Source: a virus
Virus record (IMG/VR): IMGVR_UViG_3300016466_000841
Span: 1-64,000 of that record
Length of the DNA: 64,000 nucleotides
Reading direction: 5' to 3' (one strand)
The translations under genes were made by a program, and so were the position numbers. The notes under the pieces are model-generated. The model had not been told where the DNA came from. It saw only the letters and a program-made list of their open reading frames with translations, and did not search any database. This document shows positions 37,333 through 47,226 of this stretch, one piece after another (the first letter of the stretch is position 1; the number at the start of each line of letters is the position of its first letter).

Positions 37333-37896
37333 TTAGATTTTGCCTACGAGGTCCAAGCTGGGGGTCAGAGTGGCAGCGCCTTCTTTCCACTTGGCCGGGC
37401 ACACTTGACCAGGATTGGCGGCTGTGTACTGTGCGGCCTTGAGCTTGCGCAGGGTTTCGCTGACGTCACGGGCGATCTCGTTGCTGTGTACTTCAGCAGT
37501 TTTCACGATGCCTTCGGGATTGATCACGAATGTACCACGCAGGGCCAGGCCTTCTTCTTCAATGTGTACACCAAAGCCACGGCTCAAGGTGTGTGTGGGA
37601 TCGCCCACCAGGGGAAAGCGAGCCTTGCCCACAGCAGGGCTTGTTTCATGCCAAACCTTGTGGCTGAAGTGTGTGTCTGTTGTGACGATGTAAACTTCGG
37701 CGCCCATCTTTTCGAACTGGGCATAGTTGTCAGCGGCATCTTCGATCTCTGTGGGGCAGTTGAAGGTAAAGGCCGCGGGCATGAAAATGAACACATTCCA
37801 CTTACCTTTGATGCTTTCATTGCTGACTTCTACGAACTTTCCGTTGTGGTAGGCTTGTGTTTTGAACTCGGGTACTGCTTGATTAATGATACTCAT
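37333..37896 (-). CDS. ahpC: Alkyl hydroperoxide reductase subunit C (peroxiredoxin)
   Basis: FTFNCPTE, VCPAKW, LDLVGKI. Confidence 0.95.
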   Translation of the reverse strand: MSIINQAVPEFKTQAYHNGKFVEVSNESIKGKWNVFIFMPAAFTFNCPTEIEDAADNYAQFEKMGAEVYIVTTDTHFSHKVWHETSPAVGKARFPLVGDPTHTLSRGFGVHIEEEGLALRGTFVINPEGIVKTAEVHSNEIARDVSETLRKLKAAQYTAANPGQVCPAKWKEGAATLTPSLDLVGKI

Positions 37897-37986
37897 TGTT
37901 AAGTTTTCCTTTTTGTTGAGATAATGAAATCATCATCGATTCAAGATCGATGGACGATTTTTATTGCACTGCATGAATTGTACAGA

Positions 37987-38062
37987 TATTTATAATAGAA
38001 ATCAACTATTTTTTAGTGATTTTTCATTGTATTTTTCTATGGGATTCATAGGCACAACAAAT
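37987..38062 (-). promoter_or_regulatory. OxyR-type binding site and promoter upstream of ahpC
   Basis: ATTG-N7-CTAT-N7-ATAG-N7-AAAT (38026-38062), ATAG-N7-CTAT (37995-38009), TATAAATA (37987-37994). Confidence 0.65.
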
Positions 38063-38134
38063 GATCAACGACTAGCATCGTGACAATCCAACCGGTGGGA
38101 ACCTACAATGTTCGCTATGTTTCGTCCGGATGTT

Positions 38135-38407
38135 TTAATTAAATATCGATGACCAAATTTTTAATTTATCAATTTTTTTCTGCTTGGCTCGTAATAGCAT
38201 GTCATTGTCAATGACCCCACGAGAGACCAATATGTCGATCATGGCCAACACGTCTCCGATTTCTTGCTCAAGCATTTCTTTGTGCTCAATACCGGTCTTG
38301 TGATGCTGAGAACTCAATCCAAATCTTCGGCACTTGCTGATCTCGACGATAACTTCGGCACACTCTTCCTGGAGTATGTCGAGTATTTCTTGCGTCTTAT
38401 CGTCCAT
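38135..38407 (-). CDS. MazG-like nucleotide pyrophosphohydrolase
   Basis: EECAEV...EQEIGDV. Confidence 0.75.
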   Translation of the reverse strand: MDDKTQEILDILQEECAEVIVEISKCRRFGLSSQHHKTGIEHKEMLEQEIGDVLAMIDILVSRGVIDNDMLLRAKQKKIDKLKIWSSIFN

Positions 38408-39155
38408 GGATGATATGTCGTACTGAGTCCCAAAATGCCATTTTATCGTCGATTGATTTATGTGCGGCGTCTTGTGCTTCTTGATATTTGGCAGTATCGC
38501 CGTTGCAGAAGATCTCTACCAGTTCCATAGATGCTGGCCCGTGATCATCGGTGTCGACCTCGATGTGTCGGCGCAACCATGCGTAAAACTTGGGGGCTTC
38601 TTGCTCAGTGATACCCAACTGTTTGACCATGTTCATGTACATGCCCGGAATCACTGTTTCTCGACCGAACGCGAATGCGGCCGCGGCCACATGTGGTTTT
38701 CCAGATCCAATGAATCCAAAAGTGCTTTGCATGAATTCGCGGCTGGCGGCTGGTACCACGCTCATGGCTTCAAACAATCCCACATCAGGTATGCGACGGA
38801 CGAACTCTAGAGCACCGGTGGGATCGGCTCCTACTTCTTGCATGGCTTCGAGATAAAGATCAAAATGGCTGACATATCGACCGTCGAAGCTGTCGCTTTC
38901 TTCTGCTACCATGATAGAGTTAATTAATCTCGCGGCGCCATTGCGAGTGTGTTGTGTAGGAATCCAAGGCACTGTGCTGGGTGCGATATAGCTTTGTAGG
39001 CATTTAACCAAGCTCATAAAATCCCAAACACAATAGACATGGTGCTCCATGAAAGTGGCCAACTGAGTTTTATCCGTCATGACATCTGTGGTCAACAAGG
39101 GATGATTCTCTAGTCGACTCTGGTGCTCGCGGATCGCGGTTAAATCAACAGCCAT
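38397..39155 (-). CDS. DUF3050 family (heme-oxygenase-like fold) protein
   Basis: FMEHHVYCVWDFMSL, EESD, SHFDLYL, FGRE, RHIEVD..HGP. Confidence 0.8.
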   Translation of the reverse strand: MAVDLTAIREHQSRLENHPLLTTDVMTDKTQLATFMEHHVYCVWDFMSLVKCLQSYIAPSTVPWIPTQHTRNGAARLINSIMVAEESDSFDGRYVSHFDLYLEAMQEVGADPTGALEFVRRIPDVGLFEAMSVVPAASREFMQSTFGFIGSGKPHVAAAAFAFGRETVIPGMYMNMVKQLGITEQEAPKFYAWLRRHIEVDTDDHGPASMELVEIFCNGDTAKYQEAQDAAHKSIDDKMAFWDSVRHIIHGR

Positions 39156-39158
39156 GAT

Positions 39159-39332
39159 TTAGTCCTGGTTGTCTTCGCTGGATTTGCGCTCTCGTCTGGG
39201 CTGGATAGCAGCGGCCAGCTCACCTTCAATAAAGGCTCTTTTGATAGCGGATTTGTTGGGATGATTCCACAGTCCTGCCATCAGAGTCTTGACTGCGCGG
39301 GACATCTTGTAATTTTTTGTAGGGGTTAGCAT
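39159..39332 (-). CDS. Small hypothetical protein
   Basis: MLTPTKNYKMSRAVKTLMA...; AAGGA SD. Confidence 0.5.
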   Translation of the reverse strand: MLTPTKNYKMSRAVKTLMAGLWNHPNKSAIKRAFIEGELAAAIQPRRERKSSEDNQD

Positions 39333-39363
39333 GTGTCGATTCCTTTGATAGTAGATAAAAAAC

Positions 39364-39879
39364 TTAACGCATAAAACCAGAAAAATTCACCGTACACAAA
39401 TCTCGGAGTCCACCGTTGACTGTGACGTGCGGTACCTGGTCATCCCAGATCATTCCTTCACCGATTTCCCACCCGGCGCTGGCATAAAGAACACCGTCGA
39501 CTGCATACTGGGTCATTTGTCCCATGTCAAATGGAGTAGCATAAACTACCGCTCGAACCATAGTTCCTGTTTCATTAGGAAATTCTGTGCGCAATTTATG
39601 GAAGGTATCGCTGTGCGTGGGAATCACAGACCCTGGGGGGATCACTATGCTGGATATGGTCTTGACGTCGAATCCCAGCTCTTGGCTGATTTCGTCAAGA
39701 TCAAATTCTTGTACATTCCACCACAGTTGATGTATGCGTGTGTTTTCCAAACAATAACTGGCAGGAAAGTCTCTGCCATCTTGATAGATCTTGGTACCAA
39801 TGGAGCTGACTTCATTGGTGCGATGGTCGGCTTCGGCAAATCTTGATAGGTCAAAATTTACCTTTATATTTTTTAACAT
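39364..39879 (-). CDS. 2OG-Fe(II)/cupin oxygenase-like protein
   Basis: PPGSVIPTHSD...VPHVTVN..R. Confidence 0.7.
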   Translation of the reverse strand: MLKNIKVNFDLSRFAEADHRTNEVSSIGTKIYQDGRDFPASYCLENTRIHQLWWNVQEFDLDEISQELGFDVKTISSIVIPPGSVIPTHSDTFHKLRTEFPNETGTMVRAVVYATPFDMGQMTQYAVDGVLYASAGWEIGEGMIWDDQVPHVTVNGGLRDLCTVNFSGFMR

Positions 39880-39880
39880 T

Positions 39881-40120
39881 TCAGTGTTTTCCTAATAGCT
39901 TGAGATTCAATACAAAGTTTTCTACAGTGAGTTTGACGATCATTGACATCAGAACTGTGTCTCGGTCTTGGTAGTTGACATTTTCAAAAATTTCAACAAG
40001 ATTCAGTGCTATCAAACGATAGGCTTCGTTTTCGTTGATGGCCAGCATGCCCCAATCTATGGGATCTTCTGTTTCAACTTCGCGTGCGATTTCGATCAGT
40101 TGATCGACAGAGACCTTCAT
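39881..40120 (-). CDS. Hypothetical protein
   Basis: 79-aa ORF within the operon. Confidence 0.6.
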   Translation of the reverse strand: MKVSVDQLIEIAREVETEDPIDWGMLAINENEAYRLIALNLVEIFENVNYQDRDTVLMSMIVKLTVENFVLNLKLLGKH

Positions 40121-41245
40121 CTATCGTCGCTCGCGACCAATTCCCTTGTCTGACGTTTTAGTAGATTTTGTTTTAGGTGTTATGTCTACACGTTTACCAG
40201 TGACCACCGACGGGGCTGCCACAGGTTTTGTAGGTGCTGCTGTTCCGGGTTCGGAACTCCCGCCGCCTTGGGGTAAAAGACTGACCTTAGGCATGGCTTC
40301 GGATTCTGGTGCATAGATATATGTGGTGTCAACTTTGATCAGTCCTTTCATGCTAGAATAATCACGGAAGTACTGAGCTGATTCACTGCGAACATCCATT
40401 AATAGTATACCATCAAAATTTGAATAGGCCTTGTAGTTTTCATATCCAACATTGAGTATAGCTTCACGTATATCATCGGCTGATCCGGAAATCAGCGCCT
40501 GCTGGTATTCGGTGTTGTCGGTGTGATTAAAAAGACCGTCAGCGATGTCTTTGGCAGTTGTTTTTAATAGCTTGGCGTCAATCAATGGACGTATGTTGTT
40601 GACCCATATAGCTGGACTAAGACGAGCAGGTACAGGACCTTCGGGTTTTTTGCCGGTACTTTTAGTGATGGCATCTACGATGGCTTTTTCTATGCCGGTC
40701 ATGTTCATGGTAGCCTTGCGAGCATTGATCCACCGACCGCCCGACGAAACAGTAGTCTTGACTTCGACTGCTTGATCGCCTACTTGTATGTCTCCACCGC
40801 CAGATGCTCGACCGCTCCAGGCGATGTCGGGACTCAAAACTGCCAGTGCCACTTCTCCGGGGCCAACACCTTGACTCACCAACGAAGTTGATAGAGACTT
40901 GAATAAAGCTACATTAAATCCCGGGCCAACAATGTCGGCAAAACTGTGTCCGTTGCCATCTAGGAGTTTAGCGGTATCAACGATACCCTTGGGATAATCC
41001 TCAAGGAACTTGTTTTTTTCCTCAATGGGCGCCTTGATTTTGATCACAATTTCAGCGATCTTTTCTAAAAATCTCTTGGCATCGGCATCTTTGCTGATGA
41101 CAGCTTCGATGCGGTCTTCAATGTTACCGGCTTTAAGGGTATCAATTACTTTTTGCAATAAACGCTCGTCGTCGGTGGAACGCACCGCGGCAACCGCCTG
41201 TGATTTAAGATCGGGGTCTTCGAAGATTTTTAATAGTTCGCGCAT
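40121..41245 (-). CDS. Late protein with PD-(D/E)XK-like motif
   Basis: VGPGEVAL...GDIQVGDQAVEVK; start MRELL after TAAATA. Confidence 0.6.
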   Translation of the reverse strand: MRELLKIFEDPDLKSQAVAAVRSTDDERLLQKVIDTLKAGNIEDRIEAVISKDADAKRFLEKIAEIVIKIKAPIEEKNKFLEDYPKGIVDTAKLLDGNGHSFADIVGPGFNVALFKSLSTSLVSQGVGPGEVALAVLSPDIAWSGRASGGGDIQVGDQAVEVKTTVSSGGRWINARKATMNMTGIEKAIVDAITKSTGKKPEGPVPARLSPAIWVNNIRPLIDAKLLKTTAKDIADGLFNHTDNTEYQQALISGSADDIREAILNVGYENYKAYSNFDGILLMDVRSESAQYFRDYSSMKGLIKVDTTYIYAPESEAMPKVSLLPQGGGSSEPGTAAPTKPVAAPSVVTGKRVDITPKTKSTKTSDKGIGRERR

Positions 41246-41255
41246 GATAGTGTAT

Positions 41256-42023
41256 TTATTCCCAACGCTGGATATCGCTTTCCTCACAGGAATCCCCGTA
41301 TTGTATCTCTACGATCTTACATGGTGTAGTGGACATATTCACCAATCTATGCCATTCTCCGCGGGGAACATGATGAGATTGATGTTGTTTTAAAACACGC
41401 GGTGGGATCACATATCCATCGGGCAGTCTTGCTTCGATCACTACTTCGCCTTCGGCAACATGCCAATATTCGGCACGATGTTGATGTCGTTGCAGGCTGA
41501 TGGATTGTCCGGGTTCTATGGTCAATTCCTTAACTCGAGTCCCCGGAACTTCGTGTAGTACACGATAGTATCCCCAAGGTCGACGAGTCATTGGAGCTTT
41601 CCAATCTTCTAACAACCAAGAACTGGAATTCTTTTTATCATTGCCGCCTACCCCAAACACAAAACTCAGTTGTGGATCTTGCACGTCCATTTCCAATATA
41701 TTATCAGCGGTTCTATCGCCACCATTGGCAAATATTATTTGAGCGTTAGAATAAATTGCTCTAACTTTTCTAATAGCATCTTTAGCACCACCGTCGGAAT
41801 CATCGAAATTTATTACTCGATCAACATCATGTAAGTTTGATACAATAATTGCTCGTTCTTCCCAGGACATAAATTCTTGCCCTTTCTTTCGACGTAGCCA
41901 TTCGTCGGAATTAATCCCAACAATTAGTGCATCACCTAGTTCACGTGCTGCTTTAAAATAGGCTATATGCCCAGAGTGTACCGGATCAAACCCGCCAGTG
42001 GCCAATACTATTTTTTTCGTCAT
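41256..42023 (-). CDS. Cytidylyltransferase-like domain fused to a mannose-6-phosphate isomerase-type cupin
   Basis: TGGFDPVHSGH, ANGGDR; RPWGYY, SLQRHQHRAEYW, WHRL, EIQYG. Confidence 0.85.
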   Translation of the reverse strand: MTKKIVLATGGFDPVHSGHIAYFKAARELGDALIVGINSDEWLRRKKGQEFMSWEERAIIVSNLHDVDRVINFDDSDGGAKDAIRKVRAIYSNAQIIFANGGDRTADNILEMDVQDPQLSFVFGVGGNDKKNSSSWLLEDWKAPMTRRPWGYYRVLHEVPGTRVKELTIEPGQSISLQRHQHRAEYWHVAEGEVVIEARLPDGYVIPPRVLKQHQSHHVPRGEWHRLVNMSTTPCKIVEIQYGDSCEESDIQRWE

Positions 42024-42763
42024 CGGTATTGGTAAAAGTCTTTGTCGAGCCAAGGGTATATAAGATCTTCCTGCCTTAGATATCCATAGGTATTAATCGA
42101 AGTCTCTGCGCTGGGATGTAACATACCTTCTTCTGCTAAATCGTAGAGAGTGGTGGTCCTATGATCAAATGGTTCTCGGGTCTTGTACACCGCCGCATAA
42201 ATCCATCCATTGGATCTATAAAAATAAGCGTCATTGCAGTCAAATCCCGATACAGCCAACATATGTACCAATCCAACTATATTGTAATTGAAAAAACAAT
42301 GACTGTAAGATCTATTCACTATCCTGTTATAAACGGTACCTGAGTACTCGGGCACAGATAACACCAACATCCCGTTGTCGTTCATTTGGCGATTCCAGGT
42401 AGACAGCGTACGAATGGGAGTCATGGCATATTGGAAACTGTCGTGGCTCCAGAGAAGATCGATTTTAACAGGTGCTATCGCTTCTTCAAAATCTTTTTCG
42501 AGTACAACGATGTTACTTGTAGACGCAACACGTTCGTCTAACTTTGACGTATCTCGATCTACAGCAAAAACACGGTAGTTCCTGGGGTCCGGAGGGTCGT
42601 CACGTGTCTCAAGTGTGGCCCACCAAAGAGCATCAAGGCCAGCGCCACAGCCCATGTCGCAGACTGTTTCTATGCTGTCAAGAAAAGTGTCGTAGCCTTT
42701 GATCAGCTCTAACACATAGAGGCTGTGTTCGTGGCTTTTATGACTGCTAGTGAATGGTTCCAT
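42020..42763 (-). CDS. Class I SAM-dependent methyltransferase
   Basis: VCDMGCGAG motif. Confidence 0.8.
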   Translation of the reverse strand: MEPFTSSHKSHEHSLYVLELIKGYDTFLDSIETVCDMGCGAGLDALWWATLETRDDPPDPRNYRVFAVDRDTSKLDERVASTSNIVVLEKDFEEAIAPVKIDLLWSHDSFQYAMTPIRTLSTWNRQMNDNGMLVLSVPEYSGTVYNRIVNRSYSHCFFNYNIVGLVHMLAVSGFDCNDAYFYRSNGWIYAAVYKTREPFDHRTTTLYDLAEEGMLHPSAETSINTYGYLRQEDLIYPWLDKDFYQYR

Positions 42764-43019
42764 GATGTAGTGTTTCTATAACAATTTTCTTCTTGTATTT
42801 TTCTAATCTTATTTCAAATTGATAACAAGTTTCTGCTAGGTCAGTTGATGGCTCTTTATCAAAAGAATACCGACGGAGAAGTACCGCCCAATCTTCAATC
42901 TGTTCTCGCAACACTTCGAGGTCCACTGCCGAATCAAGGGTCGTACGAGGGCGGCAAAACTTCACTGTTTCCCACTCATTGAGTAAAGCCTGGCTCCAAG
43001 ACACAAAGTCAGGAATCAT
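42747..43019 (-). CDS. Hypothetical protein
   Basis: ATGA-coupled ORF after uvsY. Confidence 0.5.
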   Translation of the reverse strand: MIPDFVSWSQALLNEWETVKFCRPRTTLDSAVDLEVLREQIEDWAVLLRRYSFDKEPSTDLAETCYQFEIRLEKYKKKIVIETLHHGTIH

Positions 43020-43468
43020 ACAGTGACATCCTCCATGCCGGCCGTGCGCAATCTCACGATATGTCCCAGCATCCACTGTTTGTTTTCCAGGCCTTTCATC
43101 ATGCCTAACCACTTGTTCCGTAGCAAAGCCACTTCATTGATGATGGTTTCAAAGTCAATGACTTCATCTTCTCCGTCGACATATTTTTCTGCATCTCTGC
43201 TGGTTAATGCTCGGGCGTAGCTCTCGAGATACTTTTGGAAATGACGACGACGGATCTTCCTTAATTGTATATTTAAGAATTCTAAAACTGCTTCAATTTC
43301 CTGCAGTTGATTAAAACGGTGCTCGGTGATGCCCGGCATTTCTTTGAGATTTTTTTCTACCAACCCGCCAATCCTAGCATCACCTTTGGCCAATTGGAGT
43401 TCTCCTTCATAATATGATATGAAGTCGGGTATGTTGCCTAGATCTGCGACTATTTTGTTATACCACAT
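43016..43468 (-). CDS. uvsY: Recombination mediator UvsY-like protein
   Basis: Helical 150 aa with AEKYVDGE motif; close to uvsX and gp32. Confidence 0.7.
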   Translation of the reverse strand: MWYNKIVADLGNIPDFISYYEGELQLAKGDARIGGLVEKNLKEMPGITEHRFNQLQEIEAVLEFLNIQLRKIRRRHFQKYLESYARALTSRDAEKYVDGEDEVIDFETIINEVALLRNKWLGMMKGLENKQWMLGHIVRLRTAGMEDVTV

Positions 43469-44743
43469 TTATATATCCAAATAAGAAAACAGTGCTCGCC
43501 AATTGGTGCCACGTCGTCGATCTATTTCATCAAGATAGATCTTCATCTTGTCTATCTCTTTGCGATCGGGTGCCGTGGCATCTAATCTCGCTTTCATGCC
43601 TTCCATGCGCTGCCGAGCTTCTCGTTGTTCGAATGTGTCTGCGGGCATGGCTGCAAAAATCTTCTCCCAATCCGCTTGCCAAAATTCTCCACCAAAGATT
43701 TCAGGATGCAAATAACTGTATCCTGTGGCATATTGAAAATAATGACCGATATGCCTAGAGTCATTATTGCTGTAAAAAGTGATTTTGTCAATGAGATCTG
43801 GCATCGTTCTCATGGTCAAAGGAGTCACTGTTTGATTGACATTGAGCGTGATCCATTCCTGTTCTGCCGCCCAGGCAAAGTTTCGTTCAAATAATTCTAG
43901 ATCCAATCCCGATCGTGTATATTCAATTTCTGGTCCCCAGGCGTCAATGCTGGCGGTAAAATCAAACCTGTGTATCTTATCCTCGCGACAGAGACGCTCG
44001 ATGCTGCCAATGTGTTTTTGAAAAGCCTTTTCTGGTATACTGAAATTGGAAAAAATACCCAGCTCGAGCTCGGGATTGGGATTTCGATCAAATATATCAA
44101 CCACACGCTCAACAAGATCATGTTGTATCAACGTCTCTCCGCCCAGCAAGTGGAGGCGTCTCAGCTCTCTGCCATTCTTTTCCAACCAACTATAAAATCG
44201 ATCAAGATATTCCTCGTCCAATGGATTCTTGTCAACCTTAGCCGGAATCCAAACACCGTTGCGATAGAATTTTCCAAATTTAATGTTTTCCTGCTCGATC
44301 TTGCTACTGAGATTGGCGTTGCAATACACACAGGAAAGGTTGCAGGTATTCTTGGCAAATATTTCCACGATACGCGGAGTCACTCGTACCGCCATTGGAT
44401 CATGATCCAGCTCAGGCGGGGTAAGACCGGGAATCTCTAGGTTGTGTTGTCGATCACTCCAACCACCGGCCTGCTCGGTGTCACGACAGTATTCACAACC
44501 ATGGCCAGGCCATTCGCCACGCAACATGGCTTCGCGATCTCTGATCTTTTCTGGGAGATTGTGAAAATCATCGAATTGATCTAGTGCCATAGGCCATGGC
44601 TGCACACGGTGGCAAGAAGACGAAGCACCTTGGTTTAACCAGATAGTGCTCCACGTCCATTTGCTTTGACATGCTGTTGCTGTTTCAATCGGAAAGAAGT
44701 CTCGATCCGTGAAGATTTTAATGGGCTTGTTGATCGCCATCAA
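43469..44743 (-). CDS. Radical SAM protein with twitch/SPASM-like domain
   Basis: CNLSCVYC, GGE, N-terminal C..W...SCH...CEYC. Confidence 0.85.
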   Translation of the reverse strand: MMAINKPIKIFTDRDFFPIETATACQSKWTWSTIWLNQGASSSCHRVQPWPMALDQFDDFHNLPEKIRDREAMLRGEWPGHGCEYCRDTEQAGGWSDRQHNLEIPGLTPPELDHDPMAVRVTPRIVEIFAKNTCNLSCVYCNANLSSKIEQENIKFGKFYRNGVWIPAKVDKNPLDEEYLDRFYSWLEKNGRELRRLHLLGGETLIQHDLVERVVDIFDRNPNPELELGIFSNFSIPEKAFQKHIGSIERLCREDKIHRFDFTASIDAWGPEIEYTRSGLDLELFERNFAWAAEQEWITLNVNQTVTPLTMRTMPDLIDKITFYSNNDSRHIGHYFQYATGYSYLHPEIFGGEFWQADWEKIFAAMPADTFEQREARQRMEGMKARLDATAPDRKEIDKMKIYLDEIDRRRGTNWRALFSYLDI

Positions 44744-44976
44744 TCCTCATCGTAATCGTAGTCTTCTTCGTCCTCTTCTTCATCTTCGTATTCGCCACCG
44801 TATTCTTTCATAGCTCGCTCAAGATACGAATCAACTCCGCTGAACTCTTTAAGCTCTGAGTCGCTGAGAAAATCTACCAACACACTGACTATACTGTCGG
44901 CGGCCGCTTGTCGCTCTTTGGAAGGAACATATTCCTTCATGATAGAATACAATTCTGCGAGTGCATCTGTGCTCAT
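44740..44976 (-). CDS. Small acidic hypothetical protein
   Basis: Directly after uvsX; acidic tail. Confidence 0.65.
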   Translation of the reverse strand: MSTDALAELYSIMKEYVPSKERQAAADSIVSVLVDFLSDSELKEFSGVDSYLERAMKEYGGEYEDEEEDEEDYDYDED

Positions 44977-46059
44977 TTATACTTCCTCTAGTTGAGCAGA
45001 TTCGTTGGGTGATTCAACGGGATCGGATTCACCTCGATGTGGATTGGCCGAGAAGTCAGTCATAACTCGATCAAGGATTCCTTCGTCGTTGCGTTCCCAG
45101 GCTTTGCGGAACTCTTTGATCTCCTCACCGTCTGCTGTGACATATTTAAGCCTGTTGCCGTCTTTTTGCAACAAACCTTTGACCTCAAACAAGTCAACAC
45201 AACCGCTGTAAGGGTTCATGCCTGTTTCATAAGGAATCTTTACTTGCACACTCTCAAAGGGTTTTGCATAGCGTGTTTTCATGATCTTACAAGCGGCACG
45301 GATACCTTTGACTTCACTGATCTTGTTGCCGTCTTCGTCCTCTTTGAGCTTGAGCTTGCGCATGGCTACCACGATAGAACTGGCGTAGATAAAGCCCTGA
45401 CCACCGGAGATCTTGTCATCGGGGTCAAACATGTCTTGGCTGGCATAGGTATGGTTTGTACAAACCAAACCAAGGTTTAAACTGCCAAACATGTTCACGC
45501 AGTTACGGACCAGAGCTGTCAACGATTTGGCTTTGCGACCCAGGTCTCCCTTCATGTCTCCGCTTTCAAATTGGTTGACGTCGGTGGGTGTCAGCATCAT
45601 GCCCAGACTGTCGAGTACAAACATGACTTTGGGACGTTGATCCTCGGGCAAGGTTTTGTACTCTTTGACGAACTCTGAGATCATTTTGGCCACATCATCA
45701 ATCATGGCCATGTTTAGTTTCAGCAATTTGTCCTCGCTGGTGTCTACACCAAGTGCGTGTAGCCATGCCTCGTCGAGTGCGTTCTCTGTGTCGATCAGGA
45801 TCACATAGATGCCTTGTTGTTGTGCGTGTCGTACCAGGTTGCCGGAACAGATAAATGATTTACCTGCGCCCGATTCACCGGCGAACACAGTGACTTTACC
45901 CAGGGGTACTCCGCGATGGAAATCGCCAGAGATGAGATAGTTGAGAGCATAATTACCGGTGCTGATCCAATCAGTGGGGTCATTGAAACCCACCGAGATG
46001 CCGTCGATGCTCTTAGTGATAGATTTACGGAATTTGCTTACGTCAAATGGTTTGCCCAT
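44977..46059 (-). CDS. uvsX: RecA-like recombinase UvsX
   Basis: GESGAGKS, IDTENA, LDSLG, TNHTY, SGG. Confidence 0.9.
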   Translation of the reverse strand: MGKPFDVSKFRKSITKSIDGISVGFNDPTDWISTGNYALNYLISGDFHRGVPLGKVTVFAGESGAGKSFICSGNLVRHAQQQGIYVILIDTENALDEAWLHALGVDTSEDKLLKLNMAMIDDVAKMISEFVKEYKTLPEDQRPKVMFVLDSLGMMLTPTDVNQFESGDMKGDLGRKAKSLTALVRNCVNMFGSLNLGLVCTNHTYASQDMFDPDDKISGGQGFIYASSIVVAMRKLKLKEDEDGNKISEVKGIRAACKIMKTRYAKPFESVQVKIPYETGMNPYSGCVDLFEVKGLLQKDGNRLKYVTADGEEIKEFRKAWERNDEGILDRVMTDFSANPHRGESDPVESPNESAQLEEV

Positions 46060-46114
46060 AATTGATCCTCATTGATAGAAACGGGTGGGAAGGATCCCAC
46101 CCGGTGTGCTCTTG

Positions 46115-47116
46115 TTATTGCTTTTGACGATTACGGATCATCGCGAGGATGTCTTCGGCTCGTTGGCCACCTGCGGGTTTAGCGGCTGCTACCGGAGCAG
46201 TCGCGGCAGGAGCATCATCCTCGTCGGCGTCAAACGGAGCCGATTGAACAGGGGCCGGTGCGGCTTGTGCCACAGGCTTGGCAGCAGGAGCATCGTCGTC
46301 GGCGGTGGTCGCAGCGGTATTACCACCGGTGAAGCCAGCAGGCTTGTAGTACGCACCCCACTTGTCGGGATCATAGGCCTGACCATCTACAGAAGCCTCA
46401 AACATTTCTTTCATGACCTTGAGCTCGGTGTCATTGGGACGTTTGGGCAAGAAGTCTTGGAGGTCATAGAGGCCGTACTGCTCGATGGCTGCACGCTCTA
46501 CTTCGGTCAAGGCTGACTCTTTGCGAGCATATTTGGATGTCGAGTAGTCAGCATAACCACCTTTGCTGGTCTTGGTGATCAAGAAGTCCAGGCCACGCTC
46601 AAAGTCGGTGGGCAGTTCTTCCATCTCGGGATCCATGAGTGCGGCCTTGACGATGTTGAAGATCTGTGGGCTGATCACAAAACGACGGATGGGATTCTCG
46701 GGCACTTTGTCGTCGCCGAGAGTGCTCTCGCGCACAAAGCCCTGGAACAAGTAGCTTTTCTTTTTCCAATATTTGCGACCCATTTCTTCGAGACTGGCGT
46801 CTTTGAACCAAGTACGCACTTCAGCCAGGATTGGACAGGCATTGGGTTCCCACATCTCGATACAAGGAACTTGTACTACCACGGGTTTGGAATCGGCTTG
46901 ACCCTTGATGCCGGCAAATGGCAGTCGGATCATCGCACGTTCTACCCAAAAGAACGAGTTCTTGGTGTTGGCGTCGGGAAGGAAACGAATTCGGGAAGTT
47001 GAGCCCTCTGGGATGTTCCAGTGAGCAAAAATGGCGTTGTCGCCAGTTGAGTTACCGCCTTGACGGCTTTCTTGAGCTTGCAGTTTTGCACGGATTTCGG
47101 CCAATGTAGTTGCCAT
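46115..47116 (-). CDS. Single-stranded DNA binding protein (gp32-like)
   Basis: IRFLPD, CPIL, DFLITK, ADYSTS, acidic Ala-rich tail. Confidence 0.85.
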   Translation of the reverse strand: MATTLAEIRAKLQAQESRQGGNSTGDNAIFAHWNIPEGSTSRIRFLPDANTKNSFFWVERAMIRLPFAGIKGQADSKPVVVQVPCIEMWEPNACPILAEVRTWFKDASLEEMGRKYWKKKSYLFQGFVRESTLGDDKVPENPIRRFVISPQIFNIVKAALMDPEMEELPTDFERGLDFLITKTSKGGYADYSTSKYARKESALTEVERAAIEQYGLYDLQDFLPKRPNDTELKVMKEMFEASVDGQAYDPDKWGAYYKPAGFTGGNTAATTADDDAPAAKPVAQAAPAPVQSAPFDADEDDAPAATAPVAAAKPAGGQRAEDILAMIRNRQKQ

Positions 47117-47226
47117 GATGTTTTCTCCTAAAAGTTAAATGTGCCATGATGTTACATGAGATTGTCTCAGTTGCACATACATTAGTATATGCTAGTCTAT
47201 TTATCAAAGTCAAGAGAAAACTGATA

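Noticed and set aside
35194-37896. ahpCF block as host contamination or a prophage boundary
   Set aside because: It is flanked seamlessly by phage-type genes and promoters on the same strand, and no integrase or att-like junction was seen; read mapping would be needed to exclude it fully.
35223-37902. Long plus-strand ORFs opposite ahpC/ahpF, and similar ones opposite uvsX, gp32, the ATPase, terminase and sheath
   Set aside because: Antisense shadows of codon-biased genes, with no SD or recognisable motifs.
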